From contig CACWZK010000001.1 in NCBI GenBank assembly GCA_902765365.1, positions 1-54,159 of the forward strand: a DNA stretch of 54,159 nucleotides. Direction: 5' to 3'. The translations under genes were made by a program, and so were the position numbers. The DNA comes from an uncultured Lachnospiraceae bacterium. GTDB taxonomy: Bacteria; Bacillota; Clostridia; Lachnospirales; Lachnospiraceae. The notes below the pieces were generated by a model. It was not told where the DNA came from and searched no databases. It was given only the letters and a program-made list of their open reading frames with translations. Of the stretch, positions 39,944 to 48,889 are shown piece by piece. Position 1 is the first letter of the stretch. Each line of letters opens with the position of its first letter.

Positions 39944-40789
39944 ATGCCAATTACTGCAGACCACCTTACATACGTTTACGGTGGAAACAAAAATTTAAAA
40001 ACAACGGCGGTCGATGATATTTCGGTATCAATCGATGACGGGCAGTTCATAGGGCTTATAGGTCATACGGGTTCGGGCAAAACCACGTTTTTACAGCTCC
40101 TTTCGGGACTTATTAAACCCGAATCGGGAACGGTTTTAATTGACGGCGAGGATATCTTTGCGAAGAACTTCGACCTTCATTCAATCCGAAGCAAAGTCGG
40201 AATAGTTTTCCAGTATCCCGAGCATCAGCTCTTCGAAGAGACGGTATTTACGGATGTCTGCTTCGGACCTAAAAACCTGGGATTACCCAAAGAAGAAATC
40301 GAAAGCCGTGCAATCGAGGCTTTAAGACTGGTAGGACTTGACGAAGGAATTTATTCGCAGTCTCCGTTTGAATTATCCGGCGGACAGAAAAGAAGAGTTG
40401 CAATAGCCGGCGTAATATCGATGAAACCGAAGTTTCTCATCCTCGATGAGCCGACGGCAGGTCTTGATCCCGCAGGGCGAAAAGAGATTTTAGGCCTCGT
40501 ATCGAAGCTCTGCAGAGAGCAGAATATGACGATAATACTGGTTTCCCACAGCATGGATGATGTGGCGGAATATGCCGACAGAATCCTCGTTATAAACGAC
40601 GGGAAACTTGCGATAGATGCGCCTCCGAGAGAAGTATTCAATCACAAGGACGAACTCGAAAGCTACGGCCTTTCTCTCCCGCAGGTAACCAAAGCGATGT
40701 TCAGGCTCAAAGAAAGCGGCATACCGGTTAATACGGATGCAATCACGGTGAATGAAGCACTCAGTGATATACTTAAAGTCTTAAAGTAA
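39944..40789 (+). CDS. ecfA2: ECF transporter ATPase A2
   Basis: GHTGSGKT, FQYPEHQLFEETV, SPFELSGGQKRR. Confidence 0.95.
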   Translation: MPITADHLTYVYGGNKNLKTTAVDDISVSIDDGQFIGLIGHTGSGKTTFLQLLSGLIKPESGTVLIDGEDIFAKNFDLHSIRSKVGIVFQYPEHQLFEETVFTDVCFGPKNLGLPKEEIESRAIEALRLVGLDEGIYSQSPFELSGGQKRRVAIAGVISMKPKFLILDEPTAGLDPAGRKEILGLVSKLCREQNMTIILVSHSMDDVAEYADRILVINDGKLAIDAPPREVFNHKDELESYGLSLPQVTKAMFRLKESGIPVNTDAITVNEALSDILKVLK

Positions 40790-40798
40790 GGCAGAAAA

Positions 40799-41671
40799 AT
40801 GTTTAAAGATGTAACCCTGGGACAATACTATCAGGCGGATTCCGTTATACACAGACTTGATCCGAGAGTCAAGCTGGCCGGAACCTTCCTGTATATGATT
40901 TCCCTCTTTGTTTTCAACAACATAATATGCTATCTGGTATCGGCGATTCTTTTAGCTGTTGTTATTATCCTTTGCAGGGTTCCTGTGGGATATATGCTAA
41001 AAGGACTGCGCGCCGTGCTTTTTATCATGATATTTGCTGTAGTGTTCAACGTCCTTTTTACGGAAGGCGATATCATATGGGAATTCTGGATTTTCCATGT
41101 GTCCGCAAAAGGCATTAAAATGGCGATACTGATGGTGATAAGACTCTTCCTTCTTATCGTTTCGGCCTCGATAATGACGCTTACAACCACTCCGAACCGC
41201 TTAACCGACGGCCTGGAAATGATATTCAGACCGTTAAAGATTTTTAAGGTTCCGGTGCATGAGTTTGCGATGATGATGTCCATAGCTTTAAGATTCATTC
41301 CGATTCTCTCGGAGGAGGCGGATAAAATCGTAAAAGCGCAGACAGCCAGAGGTGCAAAATTTGATTCAAAGAAACTGACGGACAGGGTAAAAAGCCTTAT
41401 CCCCTTAATCGTTCCGCTTTTTATCTCCGCATTCCGACGCGCGTCCGATTTAGCCCTCGCCATGGAAGCGAGAGGTTATCACGGCGGAGACGGCAGAACC
41501 AAACTCTACCCCTTAAAATACGCTGCCAGAGATTATATCTCGTATGCGGTACTGCTTCTGTACATCGGAGCAATAGTATCTTTGGGAATAACATTCTCGC
41601 GCCTTACGGCATTTCTTTTACAGTTCTTCGCCGGCAGCCATTTGGGGACGGTTCTGTTTTGGCTTTTTTGA
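40799..41671 (+). CDS. ecfT: ECF transporter T component
   Basis: HRLDPRVK, ALRFIP, AQTARG, AMEARGY. Confidence 0.95.
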   Translation: MFKDVTLGQYYQADSVIHRLDPRVKLAGTFLYMISLFVFNNIICYLVSAILLAVVIILCRVPVGYMLKGLRAVLFIMIFAVVFNVLFTEGDIIWEFWIFHVSAKGIKMAILMVIRLFLLIVSASIMTLTTTPNRLTDGLEMIFRPLKIFKVPVHEFAMMMSIALRFIPILSEEADKIVKAQTARGAKFDSKKLTDRVKSLIPLIVPLFISAFRRASDLALAMEARGYHGGDGRTKLYPLKYAARDYISYAVLLLYIGAIVSLGITFSRLTAFLLQFFAGSHLGTVLFWLF

Positions 41672-41709
41672 CCATTTGGGGACGGATCTTTTATGAGATG
41701 GAGAAATAA

Positions 41710-42456
41710 ATGAAAAGAATTTTTCTTCGTGTGGCATATGACGGTACGGATTTTGTCGGCTGGCAGGTTCAGAAAGAAGGCCGCACGGTCGAGGGAGAAT
41801 TAAATAAAGCAATTAACGCCCTGACAGGCGAAAACATAGAAGTAATCGGTGCGAGCAGAACCGATTCGGGCGTGCATGCCAAAGGCAATGTGGCTGTTTT
41901 TGACACCGAATCCACGATTCCGGGCGACAGGTTTATGTATGCAATCAACACGCTTCTTCCTGAAGATGTGGCGGTTGTGGAATCAAAGGAAGTCGATGCG
42001 GATTTTCACCCGAGACACTGCGTGAGCATTAAAACCTACGAATACCGGATTTTCATATCCGACATCAACGACCCTCTTAAAAGAAGATACGCATTAAGAT
42101 GCCCGTATAACCTTGATGTCAAAAAAATGGATGATGCGGCCAAGTACTTAATCGGAGAACATGATTTTAAGAGCTTCTGTTCGGTCAAAACCCAGGCGGA
42201 AACGACAGTCAGAAAGATTTACACCGCAGACGTATTTCATGACGGTGACGACATTGTAATCAGAGTAAGCGGCGCGGGATTTTTATACAACATGGTCAGA
42301 ATTATCGCAGGAAGCCTCATGGAAGTGGGCGGCGGCAAACACGAACCCGAACACATAAAAGAAGTGCTCGACAACACCGACAGGACTCTCGCCGGCCCGA
42401 CAGCCGAGCCTCAGGGACTCACACTCATAAATATAGCGTTTGCGGACGAGCAGTAA
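41710..42456 (+). CDS. truA: tRNA pseudouridine(38-40) synthase
   Basis: YDGTDFVGWQ, SRTDSGVHA, FLYNMVRII. Confidence 0.97.
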   Translation: MKRIFLRVAYDGTDFVGWQVQKEGRTVEGELNKAINALTGENIEVIGASRTDSGVHAKGNVAVFDTESTIPGDRFMYAINTLLPEDVAVVESKEVDADFHPRHCVSIKTYEYRIFISDINDPLKRRYALRCPYNLDVKKMDDAAKYLIGEHDFKSFCSVKTQAETTVRKIYTADVFHDGDDIVIRVSGAGFLYNMVRIIAGSLMEVGGGKHEPEHIKEVLDNTDRTLAGPTAEPQGLTLINIAFADEQ

Positions 42457-42523
42457 ATAATGTTTGTTTGCTTACCCGAAAAATGATAAAATAGCATTAT
42501 AAAATTTATTGGAGGGATTTTTT

Positions 42524-43114
42524 ATGGGATTATTTGATTCAATCAAGCGTCAGGCAGGCAGTGCCATAGGCAATGCGGCAGCAGGTGCGGTAACAGGCGC
42601 TATCAACGAAGCAGCCAGAAAGAGAGAAACATTTACGTTTACAACCATTCCCAGAAGTGTTGCAGACCTTAAGGCACTTCCCGAGAGCGATTTGTCGACA
42701 CCTTTCAAAACATGTGCACTCACAATGCTGGTTCTTTTAAACTACGGCGATGATGTTAACGCAACAATCGAAATGCTTAACTACCTTAAGGGACCCGAAC
42801 CCATGAATGCATATCAGATTCAGTTCCTAAAAGACAGACTCGCAGGCAAGGAATATGTTGCACGTTCGTTCTTCGAAGGTTCATCACCTCAGAACAATTA
42901 CATTCCTACAGAGCCTTTAAAGATTACCGTTTACGACAATCCTTACAGCTATCCCGAAGCAGGATGGGCTACACTTCACATGGATTCAACGGGTGCCGAT
43001 TCACCCAGACAGATTAAGTGCAGACTTAAACCCAGCACAAACCAGTGGTTTTTGGTTGAAAACCTTGCTCTTTCGGATATTAGAACTCCGGTTGCGGCAG
43101 ATCCCTGGGCATAA
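42524..43114 (+). CDS. Conserved hypothetical protein (DUF6935-like)
   Basis: Good RBS, own terminator, STGADSPR and IRTP...DPWA motifs. Family call is by resemblance. Confidence 0.6.
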   Translation: MGLFDSIKRQAGSAIGNAAAGAVTGAINEAARKRETFTFTTIPRSVADLKALPESDLSTPFKTCALTMLVLLNYGDDVNATIEMLNYLKGPEPMNAYQIQFLKDRLAGKEYVARSFFEGSSPQNNYIPTEPLKITVYDNPYSYPEAGWATLHMDSTGADSPRQIKCRLKPSTNQWFLVENLALSDIRTPVAADPWA

Positions 43115-43133
43115 AACATCATAAAAGATTCAG

Positions 43134-43163
43134 ACCGGACATCGAAAGGTGTCCGGTTTTTTT
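43134..43163 (+). terminator. Intrinsic terminator
   Basis: ACCGGACATC-GAAA-GGTGTCCGGT followed by a T-tract. Confidence 0.85.
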
Positions 43164-43237
43164 ATGAGCATAATTTGGTAAAAATGCACAAAAAAATAAA
43201 AATGTCCGATTCATGTCCACAAATTTTAAATTTGGTA

Positions 43238-43264
43238 TAAAGAAAAATATAAATAGGTCGATAA
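43238..43264 (+). promoter_or_regulatory. Sigma28 (FliA/SigD) promoter
   Basis: TAAA-N15-GTCGATAA upstream of flgM. Confidence 0.75.
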
Positions 43265-43302
43265 AGAATACAAAGGTTAAAATTCGGAAGGAGGGATTGG
43301 CA

Positions 43303-43590
43303 GTGACGCGGGCTGAAAGTTACCAACAGTATCCGCCAAAGAATACGTTGAAAAACAATGAAAAAACCGTTTCAAACTTTTCGGACAAGCTGCTGATTTC
43401 ATCTATGGGTAAAGATTATAATATAGCCAGAACGGCTTTATCGTCTGCACCGGATATCAGGGAAGATTTAATATATTCCATCAAGGAAAGGATAAAAAAC
43501 GGAACATATGAAGTAAGCGGCGAGGCGTTTGCGGAAAAGATCTTAGAGAATTTCTTCAGACGGCCGCTAAATCCAAATATATTTATTTGA
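43303..43590 (+). CDS. flgM: Anti-sigma28 factor FlgM
   Basis: DKLLISS, PDIRED...IKERIKNGTYEV...AEKI; GTG start after AGGAGG. Confidence 0.85.
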   Translation: MTRAESYQQYPPKNTLKNNEKTVSNFSDKLLISSMGKDYNIARTALSSAPDIREDLIYSIKERIKNGTYEVSGEAFAEKILENFFRRPLNPNIFI

Positions 43591-43596
43591 AAAGTA

Positions 43597-43634
43597 GGAG
43601 CGTTTGCCGAATGCGGCGGGCGCTCCGCTTTTTT
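43597..43634 (+). terminator. Intrinsic terminator after flgM
   Basis: GGAGCGTTTGCCG / CGGCGGGCGCTCC followed by a T-tract. Confidence 0.8.
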
Positions 43635-43650
43635 GCGCGTTTCTGTAAGC

Positions 43651-43770
43651 GGTGCGCAGTTGCGCCGAATTGCCTGCGGGGAGTTAACTCACCGGCAGGC
43701 ATATTTGGTGCAACTGCATAGCGCGTCAGCGCGACATGAGCATGCAGCGAAGCGGAATGCGAATGGCACC
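43651..43770 (+). repeat. GC-rich multibranch structured element (repeat or ncRNA)
   Basis: GGTGC/GCACC closing stem around a long hairpin (43656-43717), GCGC-GTCA-GCGC and a GA-bulged hairpin. Confidence 0.6.
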
Positions 43771-43823
43771 CCTTATTATTTGTAATGCCTTAAAAGTAAC
43801 TTATATGATATAATAAGTTCTGT

Positions 43824-45620
43824 ATGAAAGAACTGATAAAATTCTTAAAACCATATACAAAAGAAAGCATACTCGGCCCTCTTTTTAAACTGACCGAGGC
43901 GACTTTTGAATTGTTTGTGCCCCTCGTGGTTGCGGCCATTGTCACTAACGGTATCGAAAAGAATGACAATGCCTATATTTTAAAGATGGGCGCACTGATG
44001 GTTCTGCTCGCGCTCATCGGACTTATATGCGCACTCACGGCACAGTTCTTTGCGGCCAAGGCGGCCACGGGATTTGCCGCGAGCCTTAGAGAAGCCATTT
44101 TCAAAAATATTCAGTCGAGGACTTACTCGGAACTTGAAGAACAGGGAACGGGTGCGCTCATTACACGCATCACTTCCGATGTCAATCAGCTTCAGACCGG
44201 AGTAAATCTTTTCCTAAGACTTTTCCTTCGTTCTCCCTTTATAGTATTCGGCGCCGTTATTATGGCGTTTACGGTAAATGTAAAAGGCGCGCTCATCTTC
44301 ACAATCTGCGTTCCGATTCTTTTCCTCGTGGTTTTTGCGGTTCTTTTAAAAAGCATTCCCCTTTATAAAAAAGTTCAGAGTTCACTAGATACGGTTACCG
44401 TCAAAACCAGGGAAAACATCACGGGTGTGCGCGTAATCAGGGCTTTCAACTGCGACGACGAGGAGAGCGAAGCATTTGACAAAGAGATTGACACATTAAA
44501 ATCCTTACAGCTTCTCGCAGGCAGGGTTACCGCGATAATGAACCCCGCCACGTTTTTAATCGTAAATGTCGCAACGCTCGCCGTTCTCTACGTCGGAGCC
44601 ACGCAGGTTGACGCGGGAATCATCGAGCGAGGCGCCCTCATCGCCCTTTTAAACTATATGGCGCAGATTCTCGTTGAGCTCATAAAACTCGCCAACTTAA
44701 TCATCACGATGACAAAATCCGTTGCTTGCGGCGACAGAATAGCAAACCTCCTAAAAGAGAAAAAAGAAGATTCTGCCGAAGAAAATACCCTCACCGAAAA
44801 AGAAAACAGATTCGAAAAAATCGATTCAATCGAATTCGAATCGGTCTCATTCAAATATCCGAAGGCCTTAAAAGAATCGCTTAAGGACATTTCTTTTAGC
44901 GCCGGAAAGGGCGAGATAATCGGTATCATCGGCGGTACCGGCTCGGGCAAAACCACCCTTGTCAATCTTATCTGTGGTTACTACGGAGATTATTCCGGAG
45001 ATATAAAAATAAACAGAGAGAATTTAAAGACGTATGCCGCTAAAATAAACGGCGAAAACAAAGATTCTTTGACAGCCGAAAAAACCGCCACCATTCTTAC
45101 GAGGGCTTTAAGGGACGCCATAGGCATCGTTCCCCAGACCGCGGTGCTTTTTGCGGGAACGGTCGAAGACAACCTAAGATGGGGCAAAAACGACGCCACA
45201 AAGGAAGATATGGACTTAAGCCTTAAAAGAGCCGAGGCCTATGATTTTGTATACGGCAAAAAGGGCGAACTTAAGGCAGAGGTAACCGAGGGCGGCAAAA
45301 ACTTCTCGGGTGGCCAGAGACAGCGTCTTTCGATAGCCAGAGCATTCATAAAAGAACCGGAGATTTTAATTCTCGACGATTCGACCAGCGCACTTGATTT
45401 TGTCACGGAGAAAAAAGTCAGGGCCGGAATACGCGAAATAGCCGCGGATTCCATATGCTTCGTTGTTTCGCAGAGAGCGGCCGGCATAATGGATGCGGAT
45501 AAAATCCTCGTACTCGACGACGGATGTCTTGCAGGATGCGGAAGACACGAAGAACTCATCAAATCCTGCGAAGTTTACAGGGAAATTTACAAATCGCAGT
45601 TCCCCGAAGAAGAGATTTAA
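43824..45620 (+). CDS. ABC exporter subunit (TMD+NBD), degenerate-site half
   Basis: TM region, GGTGSGKTT, FSGGQRQR, LDDSTSALD, SQR in place of the H-loop. Confidence 0.93.
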   Translation: MKELIKFLKPYTKESILGPLFKLTEATFELFVPLVVAAIVTNGIEKNDNAYILKMGALMVLLALIGLICALTAQFFAAKAATGFAASLREAIFKNIQSRTYSELEEQGTGALITRITSDVNQLQTGVNLFLRLFLRSPFIVFGAVIMAFTVNVKGALIFTICVPILFLVVFAVLLKSIPLYKKVQSSLDTVTVKTRENITGVRVIRAFNCDDEESEAFDKEIDTLKSLQLLAGRVTAIMNPATFLIVNVATLAVLYVGATQVDAGIIERGALIALLNYMAQILVELIKLANLIITMTKSVACGDRIANLLKEKKEDSAEENTLTEKENRFEKIDSIEFESVSFKYPKALKESLKDISFSAGKGEIIGIIGGTGSGKTTLVNLICGYYGDYSGDIKINRENLKTYAAKINGENKDSLTAEKTATILTRALRDAIGIVPQTAVLFAGTVEDNLRWGKNDATKEDMDLSLKRAEAYDFVYGKKGELKAEVTEGGKNFSGGQRQRLSIARAFIKEPEILILDDSTSALDFVTEKKVRAGIREIAADSICFVVSQRAAGIMDADKILVLDDGCLAGCGRHEELIKSCEVYREIYKSQFPEEEI

Positions 45621-45633
45621 AAGGAGAAACGGA

Positions 45634-47391
45634 TTGAAAAATCAATCGACATTTTCTTTTATAATTAAATACGTTTTCAAAAAGTGGTATCTGCTTCTGT
45701 TCAGTATCGTTACCGCACTTTTCACCGTTCTCGGAACGCTTTACATTCCCATCCTAATCGGTAACGGCGTGGATATGGTAACAGGCAGAAACAACGTGGA
45801 TTTCGAAGGCATTAAAGCGCTTATAGTCAAAACGTTAATCGTTATTGCGATTACGATTGTATCGCAGCTTTTCCTAAGCCTTTCAAACAACCGCCTGACC
45901 GCGTCTCTTTTAGCCGTTATAAGAAAAGATGTGATGGAAAAGATCCACAAACTGCCGGTTTCCTATGTCGACAACAATCCCGCGGGTGATCTGGTTGCCA
46001 GAATGACGGCCGATGCGGAAACACTTTCGGACGGCCTTTTGATGGGCTTTACACAGGTTTTCACGGGCGTTCTGACCATACTCGGAACACTCACGATGAT
46101 GGTTGTTTTAAACTGGAAGATTACACTCGTCGTTGTATTTATAACACCCTTATCGTTCTTTGTCGCAGGATTCATTTCCAAAAGAACCTTCAATCTTTTT
46201 AAAAAGCAGACCAATGCGCGAAGCACGCAGGTTTCTTTTATAAACGAAATGGTTTCGAACCAGAAGATTGTCAGAGCCTTCGGCAAAGAAGACGAAAACA
46301 TGGATAAATTTAAAAAGATGAACGAAGAGTTCAGGGACGCATCCTTAAAAGCCACGTTTTTCTCGTCATTAACCAACCCTTCGACCAGATTTGTCAACGC
46401 GCTGGTGTATGCGGGCGTTGCGATTTTCGGAGCACTTTCCATCGTAAAAAACGGCAGCCTCACGGTCGGAGCACTGACCATTTTCCTTTCGTATGCAAAT
46501 CAGTACACCAAGCCGTTTAACGAAATTTCCGGCGTTTTAACCGAGTTTTCGAATGCGCTGTCATGCGCCGAGAGAATAAAAGATCTTTTAAACGAACAGG
46601 AAATAACCGAAAAAGAAGATGCCAAGACCGAACCCAAAACCGATTTCGAACACATAGAATTTAACGACATCAGTTTTTCATATACCGACAAACAGAAGCT
46701 CATAGAAAACTTTTCGCTTAAGACCGAGAGGGGTAAGAGAATCGCAATCGTCGGACCGACGGGCTGTGGCAAGACCACGCTTATCAACCTCTTAATGCGC
46801 TTTTATGATGTTAAATCGGGCGAAATTTTAATTGACGACGAAAATATCAAAGACTACACGAGAGTGGCTTACAGAGACAATTTCGGAATGGTTCTGCAGG
46901 AAACCTGGCTTCGAAAAGGCACGATTAGAGACAATGTTACCCTCGGTCGTGATTTTACCGATGAGGAAGTCATCGAGGCCTGCAAAAAATGCCATGCGCA
47001 CAGCTTCATCGAGAGAATGCCGAACGGCTATGATACACTTATCACCGAAGACGGCGGCAATCTTTCGAACGGCCAGAAACAGCTTCTCTGCATAGCGAGA
47101 GTCATGCTTGTGAATCCTCCGATTTTAATTCTCGACGAGGCGACAAGTTCAATCGATACACGTACGGAATTAAAGGTACAGGATGCGTTTGCGAATCTGA
47201 TGAAGGGCAAGACGAGTTTTATCGTCGCACACAGACTCTCGACCATAAAAAATGCTGACGTCATTTTAGTCATGAAAGACGGCAATATAATCGAGCAGGG
47301 AAGCCATGACGAACTGATAAGAAAAGGCGGCTTCTACAAAGAACTTTACATGAGTCAGTGGGCGGATAAAGAAGTTGCAGAAAGCGTTTAA
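45634..47391 (+). CDS. ABC exporter subunit (TMD+NBD), consensus half
   Basis: TTG start after AAGGAG; GPTGCGKTT, LSNGQKQ, LDEATSSID, AHRLST. Confidence 0.93.
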   Translation: MKNQSTFSFIIKYVFKKWYLLLFSIVTALFTVLGTLYIPILIGNGVDMVTGRNNVDFEGIKALIVKTLIVIAITIVSQLFLSLSNNRLTASLLAVIRKDVMEKIHKLPVSYVDNNPAGDLVARMTADAETLSDGLLMGFTQVFTGVLTILGTLTMMVVLNWKITLVVVFITPLSFFVAGFISKRTFNLFKKQTNARSTQVSFINEMVSNQKIVRAFGKEDENMDKFKKMNEEFRDASLKATFFSSLTNPSTRFVNALVYAGVAIFGALSIVKNGSLTVGALTIFLSYANQYTKPFNEISGVLTEFSNALSCAERIKDLLNEQEITEKEDAKTEPKTDFEHIEFNDISFSYTDKQKLIENFSLKTERGKRIAIVGPTGCGKTTLINLLMRFYDVKSGEILIDDENIKDYTRVAYRDNFGMVLQETWLRKGTIRDNVTLGRDFTDEEVIEACKKCHAHSFIERMPNGYDTLITEDGGNLSNGQKQLLCIARVMLVNPPILILDEATSSIDTRTELKVQDAFANLMKGKTSFIVAHRLSTIKNADVILVMKDGNIIEQGSHDELIRKGGFYKELYMSQWADKEVAESV

Positions 47392-47484
47392 TTAATCGCG
47401 AAAACAGAATTAAATGCCGGTATTTTACGAAAAGAATAATATACCCTAAAATAATCGGATTATATAATTGGAGATATAAAAGAC

Positions 47485-47982
47485 ATGGTTGTTATCGAAG
47501 AAAACGTCGAATTTAAAACGGATTTTGACAAAGCAAAAATCGCCGAAGATGTGGTGGGAGAAATCCTAAAAAAAGAAGGCTGTCCCTTCGAATGCGAGGT
47601 GGATATACTTATCACCGATTCGGAAGAGGTAAAAGAGTACAACAGGGAATACCGCGACATCGACAAAACAACGGATGTGCTTTCTTTTCCGAATCTGGAG
47701 TGGGAAGCGCCTTCGGACTTTGAAAATCTCAATGTCGAAGATTTGGAAATGTCGGTTAATCCCGAAACCGAACTTACGATTCTCGGGGAGATTTGTTTAA
47801 ACAAAGACAGAATCGTTTCGCAGGCAGAGGAATACGGTCATTCGGTTAAAAGAGAATATGCTTTTTTAATCGCACACAGCATGCTCCATCTTTTAGGGTA
47901 TGATCACATGGAAGAAGACGAAGCCAAAGTGATGGAAGAAAAGCAGGCCGCTTATCTTGAAAACCTGGGCATCAAAAGATAG
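47485..47982 (+). CDS. ybeY: rRNA maturation endoribonuclease YbeY
   Basis: TDVLSFP, HSMLHLLGYDH. Confidence 0.96.
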   Translation: MVVIEENVEFKTDFDKAKIAEDVVGEILKKEGCPFECEVDILITDSEEVKEYNREYRDIDKTTDVLSFPNLEWEAPSDFENLNVEDLEMSVNPETELTILGEICLNKDRIVSQAEEYGHSVKREYAFLIAHSMLHLLGYDHMEEDEAKVMEEKQAAYLENLGIKR

Positions 47983-48128
47983 TGATTAGCAAGATTTTGA
48001 CGGTATTTTCGACAAGAAAATCCTGTTTAAAAAAAGACGTAATTATGTTACAATTTATGAAGTGTTTGACATTTGAAGATAATCGATAACAAATATCGGT
48101 CTGAATCAATTGTTAAGGAGGAGAGGCA

Positions 48129-48803
48129 ATGGCTATAGGCTTAGGCAAAGGACATTCACGCGGTGGCAGACCAAGCATGGGAGGCGGTGGTTTCAGAGGC
48201 GCGTCAAGCGGCATAAGATCCGCTGCAAGAACTACATCAACGGGATTCAGAGGCACAAGCGGTTTTGGCGGTTTCGGCGGTATGGCCGCAGGTACGGGAT
48301 TTTCCTCACCGAGTTTTAACAGACCCGCAAGTCCCGTGGGAGGATTCGCTTCTTCGCCGATTAATATAAATGTTAACAAACCCAAGGTTCACTACGGTGG
48401 CGGCGGCGGTATGGTAAGTTCGCTCCTCGGCAGCGCGGTAAGCGCCGGAGTCGGAGTCGCTTCTGCTGCAATCGTCAATAAAATTCATGAAAATTCGCAG
48501 ATTAAACTGCAGCAGCAACAGGCTGAACATCAGGCTGAACTGCAGAGACAGTTAGCCGAACAGCAGGCAGAATATGCTGCGCAGCAGGCTGAGTATCAGC
48601 TTGAACTTGAAAAGCTGAAAACAGAGCAGGAAGAGATTAAGCGGGATGTTAAGCAGGAGAAAAAATATTACGCAAACTGTCCTTACTGCTTAGGCGTTAA
48701 CAACGGCGATAAATTCTGTCGTTATTGCGGCAGCTCGCTCGCATATTATGACGATGACGAAGAGCCTGAAGAAAATAATAAAAGACCTAACGATAATCAA
48801 TAA
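48129..48803 (+). CDS. Hypothetical protein: Gly/Arg-rich region, small-residue helix, Gln/Glu coiled coil, C4 zinc ribbon
   Basis: AGGAGG RBS; CPYC...CRYC; compositional segments are clear. Confidence 0.75.
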   Translation: MAIGLGKGHSRGGRPSMGGGGFRGASSGIRSAARTTSTGFRGTSGFGGFGGMAAGTGFSSPSFNRPASPVGGFASSPININVNKPKVHYGGGGGMVSSLLGSAVSAGVGVASAAIVNKIHENSQIKLQQQQAEHQAELQRQLAEQQAEYAAQQAEYQLELEKLKTEQEEIKRDVKQEKKYYANCPYCLGVNNGDKFCRYCGSSLAYYDDDEEPEENNKRPNDNQ

Positions 48804-48813
48804 ACATTCTGTG

Positions 48814-48841
48814 TAAGGTAACCTTTTTCAGGGTTACCTTA
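48814..48841. terminator. Hairpin / probable terminator
   Basis: TAAGGTAACC...GGTTACCTTA. Confidence 0.55.
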
Positions 48842-48889
48842 TTGCAGTTTTTAAAGAAAGCAAAAAATTATTAAAACGGAGGGAATTTT

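Noticed and set aside
10761-42456. Arginine codon reassignment (AGG/CGG/CGA) as reported for some Bacilli and Clostridia
   Set aside because: Spot checks show these codons at conserved Arg sites (rplN ETRLK AGG, truA YEYRI CGG, dnaX NRIGH CGA).
45493-45633. Long overlap or frameshift fusion between the two ABC subunits
   Set aside because: An AAGGAG RBS and TTG at 45634 give a normal independent start.
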